This document shows positions 1-14,003 of a stretch of 64,000 nt of DNA, one piece after another. The notes beneath the pieces were generated by a model, which saw only the letters and a program-made list of their open reading frames with translations, ran no database searches and was not told the DNA's origin. The stretch comes from Phoronis australis. Taxonomy: Eukaryota > Animalia > Phoronida. The DNA is taken from the NCBI GenBank assembly GCA_002633005.1, contig NMRA01000674.1, positions 62,001-126,000 on the forward strand, given 5' to 3'. The stretch's first letter is position 1. Each line of letters opens with the position of its first letter. A program made the translations under genes and the position numbers.

Positions 1-339
1 ACTGAGCATGCAAGAAGTTTTCAAAATGAACATTCAACGACCTAGTGCCTAAAAGAACAACCCCACTTCAGAATGGAAAGATGGCGCCTTGTAAACAAGA
101 AACCGCTCATGTATCGTGAAATCTCGAATTTCCCAATGACTCATAACCATATAATATAAGCATTGTGTGACGTCATTTGCGATCGAGGAACAGATAAACT
201 CAAGCGCCTGTGATCTGGACCCCGAATCTCCGAACTCGAGCTCTAAAGTACAAAATGACACTAAGTGTCTTCGATTTTGTGCCCAAGTACATTGTGATTT
301 ACGTATTGTCTAATCCAAGTTCGCAATTGATGACTCCAA

Positions 340-2650
340 AATTATAACTACACGTTTGTGAGTTGAACTTGCACTCCAAAAGCACAGACATCTTTGTTCA
401 CGATTGCCAGTACATGCTTTTTGAGGACCTTAATCCGTTCGACAAACAGTGTGCACAAACGGTTATCAACATCATAGGCTACTTCTGACAATTACTCTGA
501 CAGACACAGCGAACGTCGTTTCATCAACTTCTACTTCATCAATAAAGTATAACAATCTTCAAAAGAACTACTATTCTTAGAATTATTTGGGACAACTAAC
601 GTGTTTTTTTACAGCTAGAAACAATTGGCGATATTGCTTTTGTGTAAGTTAGCCCTCAAGTTCTTCTTTCCTTCGATTCCAGTACAAGCCCGTAGAAGGC
701 AAAAATTATTGGGGGACACAAACCAATTCGACTTCGCCAACCTACCTCCTTCCTATCACCCCCCCTCCCCCTTCTCTGGATGTCATCATATTTGTACCGA
801 CCCCTTGCGTCCGCCATAGGTGGGTTGAGCGGTAATATCTGAGGTGCAGCCATCAGTATTTGAGTAACCGTGAACCAACAAAGTTTCACGGAGAGTATAA
901 GAATGGGCTTACGGCCAGCATACTGACGGGTAGCTGGAATCCAACAGTGGATTCGATCAACCAGAGCTAGTCGCTGGTCAGCTCAGCTATGATTCACTTA
1001 AGGCAGTTTAGCTCGTACCCATTCCTCTGAGCTGGCTCTAAGGCCAAGATTCGTTTTATTATGATCAAGTTTCAGGAAAACTTCATTTTATCATGGCCAT
1101 TCTTTGAAGGAATTTTTTGGAAAGGTGAAGTCCCGAGGTCCCTGGTATTTTGCCTTTGTGGCCGTTTCAAAATCCCTTGATAAAACACAGCCGGTAGTCC
1201 AGTTTCTTGTGACTGGGGGAAATGATACAGAGTGTGTCCCAAAAATGTTTCCATTTCAACGCCTGGAGTTCAAATTCAGCTCCCGTGGATAACTGAGATT
1301 CTGCGCAGGCCCACTGCATGCACGGTTACACCTTATTTTTATCGTGGGTGCGTCAGTCATGACGTGCTCCGTGTGTAGTATGCACAGGAATGGAAAGCAA
1401 ATGATTCAGTTATGAAGAAAATTCATTGCGCAATACTATTGGAAACTAACAACATTAAGGAAGTGCAAAGAGAACATTTCCAAGTTGATGAGCGATGAGT
1501 TTAACTTCATCTATTTAAATACTTAAACTTCTTTTTCGATCTACAGTTTGTGAAATTAAACCGACTAATCTATTTCCTAAGTCAATAAACAATTTATTGT
1601 AATTTGAATTGTGAAATAATTTTAGGACACTTTGTAGAGCTGTCCGACATTCATTAATATCTTTGATATTTATTTCAGATAGAAAAATCAAATCGTTTAG
1701 TGTACTTTTATATTTGGAGATCTGACGATAGATCGAATTTTCCCAATATTGGCCTGCAACTAAGTTCGTTGAAGCATTGTCATTTTTTACAAGATTAGCT
1801 TCTAATTGTAAAAAAATCCTCTGTCAATCACCCCATTTTCGTAGATACATAAACATGTAATTCAGAGACTAACAATCGATAAATCCATGAGCAATGCGTT
1901 TACCTTGATTTAATGACTTAGTTAATTCCTTTTTGATCGCCTGTTAGTGCATTTAAACGACAAATCTTGTACAGAAGTCAAAAAGCAATGAATTTATTGT
2001 CATTTGAATTTCGAGTAAATTTTTGGGAATTGTCCAAATTCCATCAATGTCTTTGAGAGTTATTTTAGATAGTCAAGAAGCGTCTGGTGCACTTTACTAT
2101 CTGGGGATCTCATTATAGAGTTTTTTCCATATTTAGGCTTCAACTAAATTCATTGAAACATCATCATTTCTTAAAATATAAGCTTCTAATTGCCAAAAAT
2201 CATCTATTAACCTGTCGGTTTTCGTACATGCACAAACACGTAAATCAGAAACCAACGAATTTGTTTATCAAAACGGAATGTTCCAAGCAATTTCCGCACA
2301 CGTGATCGCAGATTTTTGACAGGTAACCCGAGGAACATGGGAGATGGGGCATTCATAGGTTAATTTTTGCTCATTTCCGAGGTACCTATAACGGTTCACG
2401 AGTTTAACTTGAACTCCAAAAAAAAAAAACGCTGACATATTTGTTTATTATTGCGAGTATTTTGAGTACCCCCGTTCGGTCATCACAAATCGTAGCCCAC
2501 AGTCTTTTCGAAATTTGTGAATTCATTACAAACAGTTCCTAGTAACGACTTTCAAAAGAAATACTATTCTTGGGATACTATTATAACTAACCATCGGAAG
2601 TAGCCTTTTTGTGTAATTCACAAATAGTGATCGTCACGTTCTTCAAAATT
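340..2650. repeat. Dispersed diverged repeat pair (~340-660 and ~2385-2650)
   Basis: gagttgaacttgcactccaaaa vs gagtttaacttgaactccaaaa; ttcaaaagaactactattctt vs ttcaaaagaaatactattctt, in the same order. Confidence 0.55.
1620..2270. repeat. Old diverged tandem duplication (period about 390 bp)
   Basis: Colinear similar blocks, e.g. agcttctaattgtaaaaaaatcctct (~1797) vs agcttctaattgccaaaaatcatct (~2181), and atctttgatatttatttcagatag vs gtctttgagagttattttagatag. Boundaries approximate. Confidence 0.6.
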
Positions 2651-3691
2651 CCAACTTTTTAATATTGGTCAATCTTATTGTATTTTTCACATTTTTGGTT
2701 GTCTGGGTCGAATGTTATGGTATTGCTGTGTTGTGTACGGTTGATTTGTGTTTTTGATGAATTTGGAATCTCAACTTTCCCTCGTGTATACTTGGCAGTG
2801 TCGGATTTACTTGTATAGAGTAACACCCGAACTGCGAAGGGCTACACATCAAAAAGCTTGGGAAAGAGTCATTCCATAGTCGGGTGACTTTGCAAGAACT
2901 GACTTTCCTCACCATGAACGCCGGTTGTACGATTTCATAAAAAGCAGGAAAATAGAGATAATTGATTCCAACATTGGGCCCTCTCTTAGTGAGAGGCCCC
3001 TTAAGAATTTGCCAATCAAAACACGAAAAGAGTGGCCACTTGAATGTCATCAATGGTCCTCTTCAAGAGTTGGGCCTTTAAATATGAAAAGATCTATATT
3101 TTCAAAAGTCAGGAAATGCGCAGCAATTGATGTTATTTGCCAGGCCATCAATTTTCTCAAGTGACACACAATTTAGAGAAAGAAAAATAGAGCGACAGTT
3201 GTCTTTGTTATCCTTTGTTAGAGAAGGGTCTTTGGAAAATATAATTTCGCATTTCTGCATTTGCAAAGCTGTCTCATTGAATTTAAAAATCCAATGAATT
3301 AATATGCTCCGCAAAAGCTTCGATTTATGAATTTTCTCGATTTTTCGAAATACGTGTATGAATGATAAAGTGCCCGTTTTCAAGTGCGTTTAGACGACCT
3401 ACACGTATGCAGCAAAACGGAGACCCTAACAACAATGTCCTGACCAGCACCCTCGAAGGGTAAACCATGCATTGATACTGAGTTGTCAAATGTTCTCTTG
3501 AATTTTCTCTCTTATTCGTACTCGAAGTCTTTCTTTTCTCGACTGTCACCAGCCCTAAGCCTATGTCGGTTGCTATTATTCAACCCTGACGCCTGCAATT
3601 TTTTGTTAGGGTACTGGCCCGACACGCCCCCCCACTTCGTACGGCCCTGCAGTATATTTCACTATATTTATTCCTCACATTTTTGGCAGCT

Positions 3692-4283
3692 TGGTCCACA
3701 TGCCATGGTGCACATGCCATGGTCCACACGCTATGGTCTACGCGCTATGGTCCACATGCCATGGTGCACATGCCATGGTGCACATATCATGGTGCACATG
3801 TCATGGTCTACATGCCATGGTGCACATGCCATGGTGCACATGCCATGGTGCACATGCTATGGTGCACATGCCATGGTCCAAATGCCATGGTCCACATGCC
3901 ATGGTCCACATGCCATGGTGCACATCATGNGGGTGACTTTGCAAGAACTGACTTTCCTCACCATGAACGCCGGTTGTACGATTTCATAAAAAAGCTATGG
4001 TCTACGCGCTATGGTCCACATGCCATGGTGCACATGCCATGGTGCACATATCATGGTGCACATGTCATGGTCTACATGCCATGGTTCAAATGCCATGGTC
4101 CACATGCCATGGTCCACATGCCATGGTGCACATCATGCCATGGTCCACACGATATGGTCCACATCCCATGGTGCACATGCCATGGTGCACATGCCATGAT
4201 CCACATGCCATGGTCCAAATGCCATGGTCCACATGCCATGGTCCACATGTCATGGTCCACATGCCATGGTCCACATGCCATGG
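3692..4283. repeat. 14-bp minisatellite (ccatggtgcacatg / ccatggtccacatg)n, in two blocks either side of the N at 3930
   Basis: Directly visible array. The unit carries CCATGG and GTGCAC palindromes. It produces the spurious HAMVHMPW ORFs. Confidence 0.95.
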
Positions 4284-4450
4284 TGTTGTTGGGATTCACA
4301 TGGGGTTTTCATGAATTTGATGCTTTTTACTTCCCTTCGTGAATAGTTGAGTTATTGAACAGTGCCTGATTTATGGGGGGGGGGGGGNNNNNNNNNNNNN
4401 NTGAAAAATATGAAAGGGCATACTGCCCGAATACTCTAATATGAAAGACA

Positions 4451-4567
4451 ATGTCATCTAAAAAGATGGAAAAAGTGACAATTGATTCCATCAGCACCCA
4501 GGTCACCCTTCTCTCTCCATCGCAGCATCTTCCTCGTCGTGAATGGTCTACGAAACAAATAGAAAAG
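4451..4567 (+). CDS. Candidate first coding exon of gene A (type II membrane mucin-LDLa protein): MSSKKMEKVTIDSISTQVTLLSPSQHLPRREWSTKQIEK
   Basis: ATG-initiated open 39 codons ending AAG|gtaggc. Phase 0 matches the next exon. No transcript support. Confidence 0.5.
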
Positions 4568-6427
4568 GTAGGCAATTTATTCCATCATCGAATCATCGGG
4601 ACCTTTCCTTAAATAGAGAAAAAGTTAGAAGTTAGACAAACAGGAAAATGGCTGCTATGGATGCTATCAGCATCCCTTCCACGAGCAGGGGTTTATATCA
4701 ATTGATTTACAATCTGAAAAAAACGAAAGAAAAGGCACACACACACGAGCAGACAGGCACGCACGCACAAACACATGCACACAGACTATTATGATGTTAC
4801 AGCGAAGGGTGTCTCAAGAAGCAGTAACAGTTTTGCATTCACTAACAACTGTCTTCTGAATCAGTTAGCTCTGCAGAATCTGTGCACAAATTTCCTTGAA
4901 TTTGTTTCGGAGTATGAGTCAATAAGAGCACGTGTTCAAGTGAGTGCCAGAACTAATTAATTTACAAGAGTTACTCATATAAGCTTTTAGAGCAGGCTTG
5001 ACAATTTCATGGCTTTGTCGCGACGGGTCATTTTATGCGCTGAGTATGGTTTCGAGAACCGTAAAACCTCAATGATATATAATAAGCATATTTCTAGGAA
5101 TATCTGAAAATTCAATGATTCCCTATATAAGACCAGTCGTTATGTTTCTGATGTTTTCTACCCGGTCAGCTCTGACCGCAAAGTTAATTACTGTCAAAGA
5201 CAGTTGAACATTGGTTGGCCGCAATCATTACATGGAAACATACAATACATAATAAAATAAACGAAAACAACTTTACAGCACGTGTTTCAAAGTTAAACCA
5301 AGGCCTTGCACGCAAAATAAGTCATTTCCTGTTCAAATAAAAGGCCATGTATAGGAGAAGTTACGGTAATAACGAACCGCTAGTTTCTTCCAAGCTAAGA
5401 AAGATCTTTTCCACTGACTAACAAACACACCAAAATAAGTCATATAGCGTTAAGGGATCTGAGTCAAATTTAGTTTCTTTGGCGCCCATCACGAGGATAT
5501 AGCAACTTTACAATTTGCTCTGCTAACTATACTCCATATTCAACCTCACATTTTGCTTATAAACTCATTAGGCAAGTTTCTCGACAAAAGTCAACAATCT
5601 AAAACAAACCAGAACCTTTAAAACTTTTTCTCAAAGCATGTCGGTAACAAGAGCTCAAAACATGCACAGAGTTTAAAAATTCGTGTACCGTTGAGAGTGA
5701 GTAGGGAAAAATCGCCATAACTTTGCTGGTTCAGGTTAGTTGCCTAGCAACGAAACCGCAGTCGGTTTTTCTCGCACAGACACATAACGAAACGAAAACG
5801 GACTCGGACTACCTGAACGCTTCGCCACTTGAGACAATTTATGATTTGGACTAAAATCATGGTAGGTAGAATATTTGTTAATTTCCAAATAGAACGCCAT
5901 ACATAAGGTAACACTTTTGCAGTGCTCATATTAATTCACTGACGTAGTCAGTGATCCACCTAGCGAACCACACGGTCATTCTAACTAAAAAACCCTCATT
6001 TGTCAATAATGCTTCTATCACGAGCTGTACTTTCCCCTACCTACACTCGTCATTTTACTTTTACTATTTTATCCTTTTGTCCGTCCGCAACTGCACGGCA
6101 TTCCAGCATCTATTTTATTTATTTATGAATATGGCATTGTGTAAATACATTTCTTTTCGCAGGAACCACAGTATCGTTTAGATACAACTACGACTCACGA
6201 AAAACAATAAATGCAGTACACGAAAATACACAGGTCGTAAAAGAATAATTGGCTTCATGACAAAAGAACGTTGCTAGCTTGAGCCCTCTTCCAGTTCGTG
6301 AGGAAAGAATACCGGCTACTCAGAATACTATATAACATTTGGACAACATATCATTTTTGACATGGCAGACAGTTACTGCATTTCTTGAATGTCGATTTGC
6401 TAATTGTAACATGTGATTACGCACCTC

Positions 6428-6560
6428 CATGGGAGGCTGGGGGGGGGGAGCATAGCTCCCCACTTTTTTGGTGGTACGCCGCACATGGTCTATAGGCGTG
6501 TGCTACGGGGGGGCTGAAGGGGCTTTAGCCCCCACTTTTTTCAGTGCTGCGCCGCCCATG
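6428..6560 (-). mobile_element. GC-rich dimeric MITE (CATGGG...CCCATG), same family as 24160-24319 in opposite orientation
   Basis: Terminal catggg/cccatg. Internal cacatggtctataggcg is close to the reverse complement of cgcccatagaccgtggg in the 24160 copy. Confidence 0.6.
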
Positions 6561-8118
6561 GCTTCACATGATTAACATGCGTTGAAAGAAAATCTGCTGA
6601 TTTTTAAAGGGGCAATAAACCCGCGCCCTCCGTCAGAACCAAAGTTTGGTTTAGGTATAAAACTGGTCTCGTGTTGTTTCTGACTCAAGTTAGAAATGAT
6701 TACTGAGCTTGAAAAGACTTTACATGAAACTTGCTTGTCACCATGGGTCAGTTTCAGCTGCAGAAGCGCTATAGGCGTCAAGTGATAATCCAAGGTTTTT
6801 ATTGGGACCAATCACAATTCCACCAAAATATAAGAATTCGATGGCTTTATCTACATTTAAATAGCTGGAACCATAATGACGTCGATTTATTGCTAAGCCG
6901 AACTAGGTGAAGGTCGTTCAGCATCAAAATACGACATGACTATCCAAGGTAGACAGTGTTAGAATTTCTGTTTCAACCCTCCCTTGCAAAACGTTTAAAA
7001 TTATTTCTTGTTAGGACATTTAGCAATTCCTTCCAATTTACGACACGCAAATCATAAAAGAAACTACTTAAACAAACTGTCCTGAAAATTTCACTGTTGT
7101 GAGAGAAATTCATTTTTTACAAAAGGAATTAAAAATGTCTCGTCTGCAATCGATAAGAAAAATTCCAGTTCGGATGAGTCGGCTATTTACGCTGTCAAAG
7201 CTGATGACTCACTGGCATTTCTCTTAACGATGTCCTGAATTACCTGAAAAATCAGAAATGCTATGGAAAAGTTTGATGTACAATTGTGGCTGAATGATCT
7301 TAATTCACATTCGGCATTTTAGTAGTAAGACAGAAACTTAACTTTATTTTTTGACACATATTTTTTTACAATTGCACAAGCCCAATTTTCCTCAGTAATA
7401 AAAAGAGAGAAAGGTAATGCGTGAACTGCTTCACGATTGCAAAACAGAAACGAAATGTATCGTTGTTCAAGGGGCAAAATTCATTGGTGAAAAATGCTGA
7501 CATTGTCGAACGGGGATAAATAAGGGTTCGATTTAAGTAGTCGCGGCAGTTGGTTTATCATTTGCGTTTCAGGAGTTGTACTGATTCGTATACTAAGAAC
7601 GCAGCTCGTGCAGTACGTGATGGTGACAAAAATATAATTTCCATCAAACTCCCGACGAGATACTTAAGCTTGGCTGTGGTTTTCCACCACGTAAGAAATA
7701 TCGGCACACTACTTTCATTGGGTTTAATCTTAGAAGTGGATTTAGGTGGTAAATCAATTAAACTGCAGATTTCCGTCATGTTCAGCGCTTAATTGATACT
7801 GCAGTAAAACAAACATTTGCAAGACAGGATGATTCGTTTTACCTCGTGAAAGGTTTACCCATTGGGACTCCGTCAATAGTTTGCGTTCCATATTAATTCA
7901 ATGAACAAAGCACTGTGCCGTGTTCTCAAAATCTCCAACAGAAATGAAGTTATATGATAACTTGCTATGGCAACTTTCGCACTTATAACACATCACACGA
8001 GAATGCAGGCACTGAGGGGTTAAACAAGTACGCCAAAACAGCTGAGAAACATAACAGTTGTCAAACTCATTAATGCTTTGGCTAGTCATGCCGTCACAAT
8101 GAGTGCAAGCTGTAGTGC

Positions 8119-8550
8119 TTAAAATATGTAGGACCCTAGATAAATGTCCAATTTTGACCAAATTCGTATTTCAAAAATTGCTTATCGGATTCACACGAAC
8201 CTTTCAGATATTATACTTACTACACCTCTCTCCAGAACTTTGTTGGGAATTGTTTTGTTAAAAGTTCCGCTTTTGCATGAAGGACTGTCAAAACTTAAAA
8301 CTTGTAAGACTTTTATGAAAACAAATAATTGCATAAAACGAAAACGAAACAATAATTTATGAAGTTGTAACAAAGTTTTGAGACTTTATCTGGAACATGT
8401 ACATCATACAAACACTTATTTTTACTGATCGTATAGTTTGCAAGAATGTGGATTTCTTTTTTCCTAAAATTTACTGCAAAACAAGGTCATTTGACCTAAT
8501 TAAAGTCAGATTGGTGTAACGTCAACAATTCATAAGGTCCTGTCGTTCAT
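8119..8550 (-). mobile_element. Kolobok-like MITE (ATGTAGGACC TIR family), inverted copy
   Basis: ttaaaatatgtaggaccctaga start, internal atcggattcacacgaacctttca matching the reverse complement of the motif in the 22968 and 30269 copies, degenerate ataaggtcct other end. Confidence 0.55.
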
Positions 8551-11500
8551 ATTTGGGTTCCGGGCTTCACCGTGCAGGACTGAACCATTTCGAGACCTGA
8601 CGAGACCAATGTCCGATAGGAGAAATGTAGACTGTACGTAAAATTCGGGAATTTTGAACAGTTCTTGGCCATGCAGATTCTGCTAAAATAGTACAAAGCA
8701 GTAGGCCTAACCATATCTTTCCTCGATAGTCAAACCCTATCAGGCTAGTACGAAGATAAACATTTTTGGGGGAGCCTAACAAAACTTGGTCCGTCGTCGT
8801 GGTCCCCCACTTGCTTACGCCTCTCCTAGTTACCAATTTCGCACACCCTGCCGTAGGCGTGTTTACTATGCTGTATGAGGACATCTATGATTTCACTTGG
8901 CCTAGGGTCTGATCGTTCTGGTCGAAGTTGAACTCGAAATTAATTTTTGTCATTTTCTGTTCTGTTTGTCTACGAATTCAAGATAAGTGTCTATATTCTA
9001 TGTTCGAGTACATAGTAGCCTACATGTTTAAATCTAGTTTGCACTTGATGATGGAAGCGTTAAGGCTAAAAGTTCGAGTCTGAATTCGAAATTTCTAGTT
9101 TTTACTCAAAACTTCGTGTTTTTACTCAAGTATGATGCTAAAATCTAGGGATGATGAAATGCGAATTTGGACTAGAAGCTCATACGCATTAACCATAATA
9201 TGAGCAGAGAATAACAGACCCTTAACTTGAATTGACAGAACAGTAGAGCGGAAATAGTCAAAAACAATTTCGAGTTCGATTGGGAGTACAAAAATTAGCC
9301 AGCAGGGCCTAAAAATTTTAACACGCGTTCAAGTCTTGCAGTGACCATTAGGGTGCTAAAAGATGTTAGCATCAAAAGCATTCTTTAGGTCGGTTTAGCA
9401 GTAACGTAAGGAACTCTCACCAGAGAAACTCCTCCGTTTAGAAATTGCACGAACTCAAATTTGAAGGCGGGGCATTGTCTGGGAGACTTCGGTTATAGTT
9501 TCATTTATTTCGGAGAGTGAAAATGAGGCCAAAGGTCTAAATTTATTTTATAAAAAGCCAGTTTAGGGAAAGCTCATTTTCTTAGAAGGCTGCAGTTCCG
9601 GGTGGCCCGGGTACACTGCTTTAGGGGTGTCACTGATAAAATCCCTTGTTAAAACAATTGGTGCCAAGTTTCTAGTGGCTGCCTCTCGCGTGGGAGGGAA
9701 TTGAACAAAACACCAATTTCTTAGATGTTTTTCAGATCAGCAAAAACATGTAGTGCATTTTGCTGCTTGGAATTGAGTTGATAGAGTTTTCAGTTCACAG
9801 AATCATCGTCAATTTCTGTTTGTCAAAAGTATTAACTAGAAGTTGTGAAATTGCAAGACTAACAGACAGACAGAGCATTTTAACCATATTTGGCTGGTAA
9901 AATCATCGCCTTGAATTCAACGAATGTCTGGCAGACACCGGCGAGAGTTGGTGGTTTGTAATAAAATCACAGAAACAACGGATTTTGTTATTTTATAGCT
10001 TCTAGTGGTCAAAGCTAATAACGTCAAGAAGCGTATCTCATCCAACAACAATAACAAAATGGCGTTTTTCAGCCGTAACCGATAGCATCCCTTTAAATAA
10101 ATGTTATAATTCTTTGGGAAAATATCAACATTTTATCACTATAAAAACATAGCGAATATTGTTTTTGTATATTTCAGAACTATTAAGTTTTGGTTGTTTG
10201 GGCTGTATGCCTTGGTGTTGCTGTGCTTCACACGAACATGTATTTTTCCGACCAATTTAAAGTTTTATCCACTTTCCTTGGAGAATAGTTGGGGGGCGGG
10301 GTTGGGCATAGAGGCAATCGTCCCCGGCCGAGCCTGAAAGAGAGGACCCCGTCTGAGAGAGGTCCCTTATTATGAAAGGGTATAGTATTGGAAAATTGGA
10401 ATAGTGTGACATTTAAATGCGTCATCAGCGACCTTACTTAACATGAAAGCTTGAGCGAATTCACAAAAAAGGAAAAGAGAAGCAATTAATTTCATCTCTG
10501 AATATCTATGTTTAAAACTTGTACTTAAACGTTTTGTACTGCAGGAACGAAAACCCTAACCAACATGTCCTGACCACGGCTAAACAGTGAGTCCAGCACT
10601 GATAGTTGACACATGTTCTCTCAAAAATTCTTTCTTCTACATCCCCTGCTCTTCTCCCTGGGGCTTGCAAATCGGGAACAAATGCCCCACCCCCGACTCC
10701 GGCTGCTTGTTACGCTGGGCCCTGATCGCTACAGGTGCACAAACTTTACAGCTTCGATGAAATATGAACCATGTGAGTTTGAACATAATTTGATCAGATA
10801 TTTTAAATCATCATTTCACTTAATGAGGTCAGTGTCTACCCCGCCATTTCAGATGTTAATTAGTCAAATTGGCCACTGTGCTCAGATAGAGAGAAACCCC
10901 GGAAATCTTTGCGGCAGCTGTTGTGTAGGCACGAGCTCTGGCGTGAAAAAAATCATTTTTAACTGATGTGACCTTCTTGCTGAGTTAGTTCACGTAACTG
11001 AGCGAGTGTCGAGGATGCGGGATGCGGTGACATCCTACACGGGTTCTAACTCGTGCTCGAACTTGGAATAGTCCCATTGGTGTGACAAAAGATTTCTGGA
11101 TATTTTTGTACCTGCTATAGCGAAAGAATTCACGTTTCCAATACACATAAAGAACCACAAACTTTGTTTTTGGTTTTGGGTGATTCGAATATGAACTTGT
11201 CGCGTAAATTTCCAGGGAGACAAAGAAAACCGTGCATATGAATTTTCTGGAAGAAATGTGTATGTTTACTTTAATAGTGACATTCGACATGAGCAGACTT
11301 TGTTGCGCCATCTTTCGACAGTTTGCAAACCAAATTTGTGATCAAGCATTCCATTCGATCAAACGACTGTGAAAAAACAAGATGAAACTGACCCTTGACA
11401 TTTCTACCCGCGTTCCGCGTTAAATTAATCCTCAAGGAGAAGAAGCGTTGAAGTCATGTCTTTTCAAGTCAAAATCGCTTGGCCAGAATTACGACAAAAT

Positions 11501-11627
11501 TCCGTAGAGAAAAAAATCGTCGTACCCGTCCGAAAGCCACGTGTAGGTATTTACTGTAATGGAGTACTGAAATGATTTTAGACATGTTCGAGTAAATTAA
11601 GGTCCTAATATCTGGTTTTATTTTCAG

Positions 11628-11738
11628 TCTGGTATAGACAATCCTGTTTTTCCGACAGAAGACGGAAACCACGTGCATTTGTTGAATGGAAACAATGTTC
11701 ACAAAAGAAACGAAGAAACCGTCGATTTGGACAACGAG
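11628..11738 (+). CDS. Gene A exon 2, cytoplasmic tail: SGIDNPVFPTEDGNHVHLLNGNNVHKRNEETVDLDNE
   Basis: Acceptor ttttattttcag|, donor GAG|gtaggt, 111 nt open, phase 0-0, NPxF-like motif. Confidence 0.7.
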
Positions 11739-13028
11739 GTAGGTGAGACCTTTACAATTTTCTGTTTTATACTGTCACTACCTTTGCTCTCTACTCTGTA
11801 ACCACAAGTTGACATCCTGTTTATGAGTACGCGTACTTTATTTCAGTAAGTATATTAAATCTCAAAGATTCTAACTGACTTCTAACAAACCCAGCTTGTT
11901 AATGAAGGTGCTATTGACTTAGTGAAGAACACGTAAGTTTCAAACTACAATAAGCATAAAATTCAGTTAATTTGGTTTTTGGCTCAGGGATGGTATTCAT
12001 TTAACGACTTTGGAAATGGCACTGGTACTAACAAAATTCAGACCTGATCGCTTGTTGACGTGGCTACCTCAATACTAGACTCTTATCCTAACCCTTAGAC
12101 TCTTGAGGAACCTAATAACCCCACCAGATCATTTTGAGCCACTTATTATTATTATGAATTTGTGGAGCTTTCCTGATCCGTATGTAGTGTTTGATTCAAC
12201 AAAAATATGTACGCGCGCTAATTAAAGGTACACGTACCGTAGCATATAAGTGCATTGAATACCCTGTGGTACGCATTGAATAAGCACATTTTATTGCACG
12301 AGGTAACCCTTTGGCGCTTCATGTGAAATTTTCAGCACTAATAGAGGTCGAATCTAAATCGCTAAGTCAAACCCGAAAAATAAAGTTATCGATGGTAAAT
12401 ATTTTAGTTGAAACAATAAATCAGTTGCATTCAGTCCCGTTGTTTTGTCATGTGTAATAAAGAATGCTAACTGGTCTTATTCCTGTTGCTGAACTCAAAT
12501 CATGGTCTTTGTTCTATGTAAATAGATGTCCAAAGCCGCAACTTTTAGCATTCTTCAACAGTAATCGCGTCTCTGATTTTTCCGGGCACTTCGGTTAAAT
12601 TATTTCTATTTGCACCCGGATCGAAGATTATGATTAGTTTCGGTCTAAAAATACCAAAAATCGTTTCGATTTGAATCTTAACTGTATTATTTATCAATTT
12701 CGGATTCATCAATACAATAGTCAAATTATGAATCAAAATGATGATTTTCCTAAGGCTGCATGGTAAACGCTTGACAGAAAACGAACGACATTTTTAAAAA
12801 CTTGGCAAATTTGGCCGACAAACGTTAGAGACCAGAGGTCACCACAGGCACAAGAGTGGAAAATGTGGGGCTAGCATGAATAAAAGTGACGCGCGTGTAC
12901 TTTGAAATTTGGACTCATCATAAAAAGTTTCCCCACTGTCTCAAAACGCCAATCAATATCGAACACTATCTGTACGACGAAATTCAATGAACGGTTTTGG
13001 TTCCCGATAAAAGCATGAAAATTTTGAG

Positions 13029-13191
13029 AAAATAGATCAAGTTTGAATCTAAGACTGGAATAAAAATGCCACCAATTTGCCAGAATAATGATAACGTCAC
13101 AAGCCAAGCTGAAGTCCGTGAGATGCGGACACAACGTCGCTAATTTTTGTAAGTTTTTATTCCAGTATTAGACTCAAACTTGATCTGTTTT
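13029..13191. mobile_element. Small foldback/MITE with 38-bp inverted arms
   Basis: 13029-13066 aaaatagatcaagtttgaatctaagactggaataaaaa vs reverse complement of 13154-13191, 3 mismatches. Confidence 0.7.
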
Positions 13192-14003
13192 GGTTCCTTT
13201 TTATGGAGTCACATTGGCATTGAAATAAATCAAACCAAAGCAAAAATATTCAAAGGAAGACTAACCAAATCATTGTTGGACTCACCTATGAGCGAAACAA
13301 AGTTTTGGAAGTTGTAGAATGGCAAAAAAGAAGAAAAGTTGTCAAATATTGCCCATACACAGTGGTAGGAAAGAAAAATGTCTATACGTCTCGGATTGGA
13401 AACTACGATGGTTTCTTCTCATAGTTCTATGCTTATGTTGAACTATTTAAGCAGTTTTATGAGTCGGATGAAACTCTACATTATACGAAGAACCAGTCAG
13501 TGTTTAATTGCATTATCGATGAAGTAGATAAATGTATAAATGATGTGAAAGTGGGTAAAGCTGCTGGAGATGATGATATTTCGATGGTGGTTTTTAAGGC
13601 TCAACACCCATATTTAAAGAATCACTCGCTTGTCTGTATAATAGTTTTTTGATACAGTCTCAATGAAATTCGAATATTATAGTCCTCGTGTTCAAATTTG
13701 GAAATAAGAATGAGCCAGATCACTACAGAGGGATAACGCTGTAACAGGTAGCAGGCAAGATTTCCTCCCGTCTGTTACGTAACTGACTCCATTTATGGGT
13801 AGAACAGAGCAATACTGTGTGAGGCTCATGTTGGCTTCAGGAAGGGGTACTCCACACTTGAGAACATGTTTATGAACAAATATTTATCGAAACGTAGAGG
13901 TCGATTATGTTTTGTCGTCTTTAAAAAAGCGTTCGACTGGGTCTGGCTCAAGGGTCTTGATTACAAAACGTCGAATTTTACAATATATGTTAAAATGTAT
14001 TAA

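Noticed and set aside
3483-4342. His/Cys/Met-rich ORFs (HAMVHMPWCTCHG repeats)
   Set aside because: Translations of a stop-free 14-bp satellite, open in all frames and crossing an N.
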